From Burkholderiaceae bacterium (GTDB lineage: Bacteria; Pseudomonadota; Gammaproteobacteria; Burkholderiales; Burkholderiaceae_C), in NCBI GenBank assembly GCA_041913905.1, contig JAYSEK010000024.1, positions 2,862 through 66,861 on the forward strand: a stretch of 64,000 nucleotides of DNA. The letters run 5' to 3'. A program made the position numbers and the translations under genes. Positions 62,270-64,000 of the stretch are shown piece by piece. Position 1 is the first letter of the stretch, and each line of letters opens with the position of its first letter. The notes below the pieces were generated by a model. That model saw nothing but the letters and a program-made list of their open reading frames with translations, did not search any database and was not told where the DNA came from.

Positions 62270-64000
62270 ATGCTTCAAAAATCGCGTCTGTTCCATGCCC
62301 TGCTGCCGCTGCTGGCGGTCTGTCCCCTGGCCCACGCCGCTGCCGCCGCGAATGCCTCCGTCCCGCCGCTGACCCTGGAGCGGATTCACGGGGATCCGCC
62401 CCTGATGGGTCGCGCCGGCACGGGGGGCGTGCTCTCGCCGGGCGGGCAGTGGCTGACCTATCTGCGGCCCTCGGCGTCCGATCCGGACGTCAACGAGCTG
62501 TGGGGGACGCCCGTGGCCGGGGGCGATGCACGCCGCCTGGTGGCGGCCGGCGACCTGATCGGCCAGCGCCAGGCTGTGCTCACCGAAGCGGAGAAGATGG
62601 CGCTGGAGCGGCGCCGTCAGCGGGGCTCCGGCATCACCGGCTACCAGTGGTGCGGCAAGGCGGATCGCCAGCTGATCCTGCCCCTGGCGGGCGATCTCTA
62701 CAGCGTGGAGCTGGGCCAGTCCGCGGACAGCACGCCCAAGGTGCAGCGCCTGACCCACGACGAGCAGGAGCCCGAGCGTGACCCGCAGTGTGATGCCGCG
62801 GGCCGGCAGATCGCCTATGTGAAGCAGAACGATCTCTGGGTCCAGGGCCTGGACGGTGGCCCCGCGCGGCGCCTCACGCAGACCGGCAGCGAGACCCGCT
62901 CGACCGGCCTGGCCGAATTCATCGCCGCCGAAGAGCTGCACCGCCACCATGGCTTCTGGTGGTCGCCGGACGGCACGCGCCTGCTGGCCATCGAGGTCGA
63001 CGAATCCGGCGTGCCGCTGCGCCAGCGCGCACAGATCGGGGGCGACGGCACGCGGCTCGTGCCGCAGCGCTATCCGGCGGCGGGCAGCCCCAATGCCAAG
63101 CTGCTGGCCCTGGTGCTGGACCTCAGCGGCAAGGCCGAGCCCCAGCGCCTGAATCTGCCGGCCGACGCCGAGTACATCGCCCGCGCCGGCTGGTTCGCCG
63201 ACGGCAGCCCCTGGCTGCAATGGATGACGCGTGACCAGAAGCATCTGCAGCTGCTGGAATTCAATGCCCAGGCCCAGCCGCATGTGGTGCTGGACGAGCG
63301 CGACCCGGCCTGGGTCGAAGTGCATGACGACCTGCGCGAGATTCCGGCGCTGAAGCGTTCCGGCAAGCCCGCGCTGCTGTGGAGCAGCGAGCGCAGCGGG
63401 CGTCGCCAGCTGTGGCTGGTCGACCGCGTCACCGGTGCTGCACAGGCCTTGACGCGGCAGCCCGAGCCGGTGGCCCAGCTGGTCTGTCTGGGCGAGCAGC
63501 ACCTGGTGTTCGCAGGCGCCACCGAACGAGGCCGGGGCCGCGAGCTGTTCCAGGCCGACTTCAAAGGCCAGGTCCGCCTCCTGCAGCCGGGCGAGGCGCG
63601 GCGCTGGCGCGATGGCCGTGGCGACGCCGCCTGCACGCAGCTGCTGGTCACCCAGTCTTCCTGGCAGCAGCCGCCGCGTATCGAGCTGATCAAGCTGGAT
63701 GGCAAGACCGCGCCCCGCCTCGTTGAGCAGGCGCGGCCCGAACCGCTGGTGCTGGATCTGGCCGGCAAGGTGCAGGCCCAGTTTCCCGAGCTGCTGTCCG
63801 CCGATGGCAAGACCGTGCTGAACGCGGTCTTCCTGCCGCCCACGCGACCCAGCCTGGTCGGCAAGTACCCCGTCGTCGTGCGGGCCTACGGCGGGCCCGG
63901 CACGGCGACCGTGAGCTGGCGCTGGCAGGGCGACCTGCCCACGCTGGCGCTCTACCAGCAGCAGGGCTTCGGCGTGCTGATGCTGGACACCCGCGGCATG
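62270..64000 (+). CDS. Secreted dipeptidyl-peptidase IV (S9B)-like protein, 5-prime partial (runs off the window; first 577 codons)
   Basis: Not in the ORF track because it has no stop in the window. I translated it by hand. Signal peptide MLQKSRLFHALLPLLAVCPLAHAAA. DPPIV N-terminal propeller motifs (LTLERIHGDPPL, ITGYQW, AEFIAAEELHRHHGFWWSPDG, QRYPAAGSPNAKL). Start of the S9 domain (VVVRAYGGPG...VLMLDTRG). Confidence 0.8.
   Translation, partial: MLQKSRLFHALLPLLAVCPLAHAAAAANASVPPLTLERIHGDPPLMGRAGTGGVLSPGGQWLTYLRPSASDPDVNELWGTPVAGGDARRLVAAGDLIGQRQAVLTEAEKMALERRRQRGSGITGYQWCGKADRQLILPLAGDLYSVELGQSADSTPKVQRLTHDEQEPERDPQCDAAGRQIAYVKQNDLWVQGLDGGPARRLTQTGSETRSTGLAEFIAAEELHRHHGFWWSPDGTRLLAIEVDESGVPLRQRAQIGGDGTRLVPQRYPAAGSPNAKLLALVLDLSGKAEPQRLNLPADAEYIARAGWFADGSPWLQWMTRDQKHLQLLEFNAQAQPHVVLDERDPAWVEVHDDLREIPALKRSGKPALLWSSERSGRRQLWLVDRVTGAAQALTRQPEPVAQLVCLGEQHLVFAGATERGRGRELFQADFKGQVRLLQPGEARRWRDGRGDAACTQLLVTQSSWQQPPRIELIKLDGKTAPRLVEQARPEPLVLDLAGKVQAQFPELLSADGKTVLNAVFLPPTRPSLVGKYPVVVRAYGGPGTATVSWRWQGDLPTLALYQQQGFGVLMLDTRGM

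Noticed and set aside
62258-63864. Minus-strand ORFs 62258-63502 (414 aa) and 63070-63864 (264 aa)
   Set aside because: They are antisense to the hand-translated DPP-IV-like gene. That gene carries a clear signal peptide and family motifs, and stays open to the window edge.

Overview
High-GC (by eye, not computed) chromosomal segment with betaproteobacterial (Burkholderiales-like) gene content; the taxonomic call is an inference from gene families and synteny. Positions 1-43.5 kb are a flagellar regulon. It holds two tandem flagellin genes, the master operon flhDC, motAB-cheYZ, flhBAF plus a degenerate flhG-like gene, fliA, and on the minus strand flgBCDEFGHIJKL, followed by flgA and flgMN. 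I could read five sigma-28-type promoters (TCAAG/TAAAG, then 14-15 or 11 nt, then GCCGATAA-like) directly from the sequence, in front of fliC x2, a TPR gene, motA and flgM. A ~15.5-kb signalling island (15.4-30.9 kb) sits between fliA and flgL. It contains a soluble MCP-like protein, a hybrid kinase / REC-PAS-GGDEF-EAL / GGDEF operon, a membrane kinase, and an HDOD protein / 1259-aa multi-PAS HisKA_2-type kinase / REC-ANTAR regulator string that directly follows flgL. Positions 43.5-64 kb are mostly housekeeping genes: DUF1841, kefFC, parA-like, NarL-type RR, scpA, DUF3460, SulP, metG, minCDE, plsC-like, ferredoxin, DUF45, dusC, and a partial DPP-IV-like peptidase. Two oddities interrupt this part. 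One is a ~1-kb AT-richer non-coding spacer with a cluster of DnaA-box-like motifs. The other is a CheX-like / REC / coiled-coil membrane protein module with a perfect GCCGATAA element. I saw no rRNA, tRNA, CRISPR array, transposase or integrase. The most interesting leads are the ANTAR (PdtaS/PdtaR-like) pair appended to the flg operon, the DnaA-box cluster, the structured 206-nt flhD-flhC spacer, the P-loop-less FlhG, the fliA-coupled inverted-architecture MCP, and the CheX-REC-coiled-coil module. All functional calls rest on motif recognition by eye and on synteny; no database search was run. Several start codons are uncertain, and these are noted per feature.
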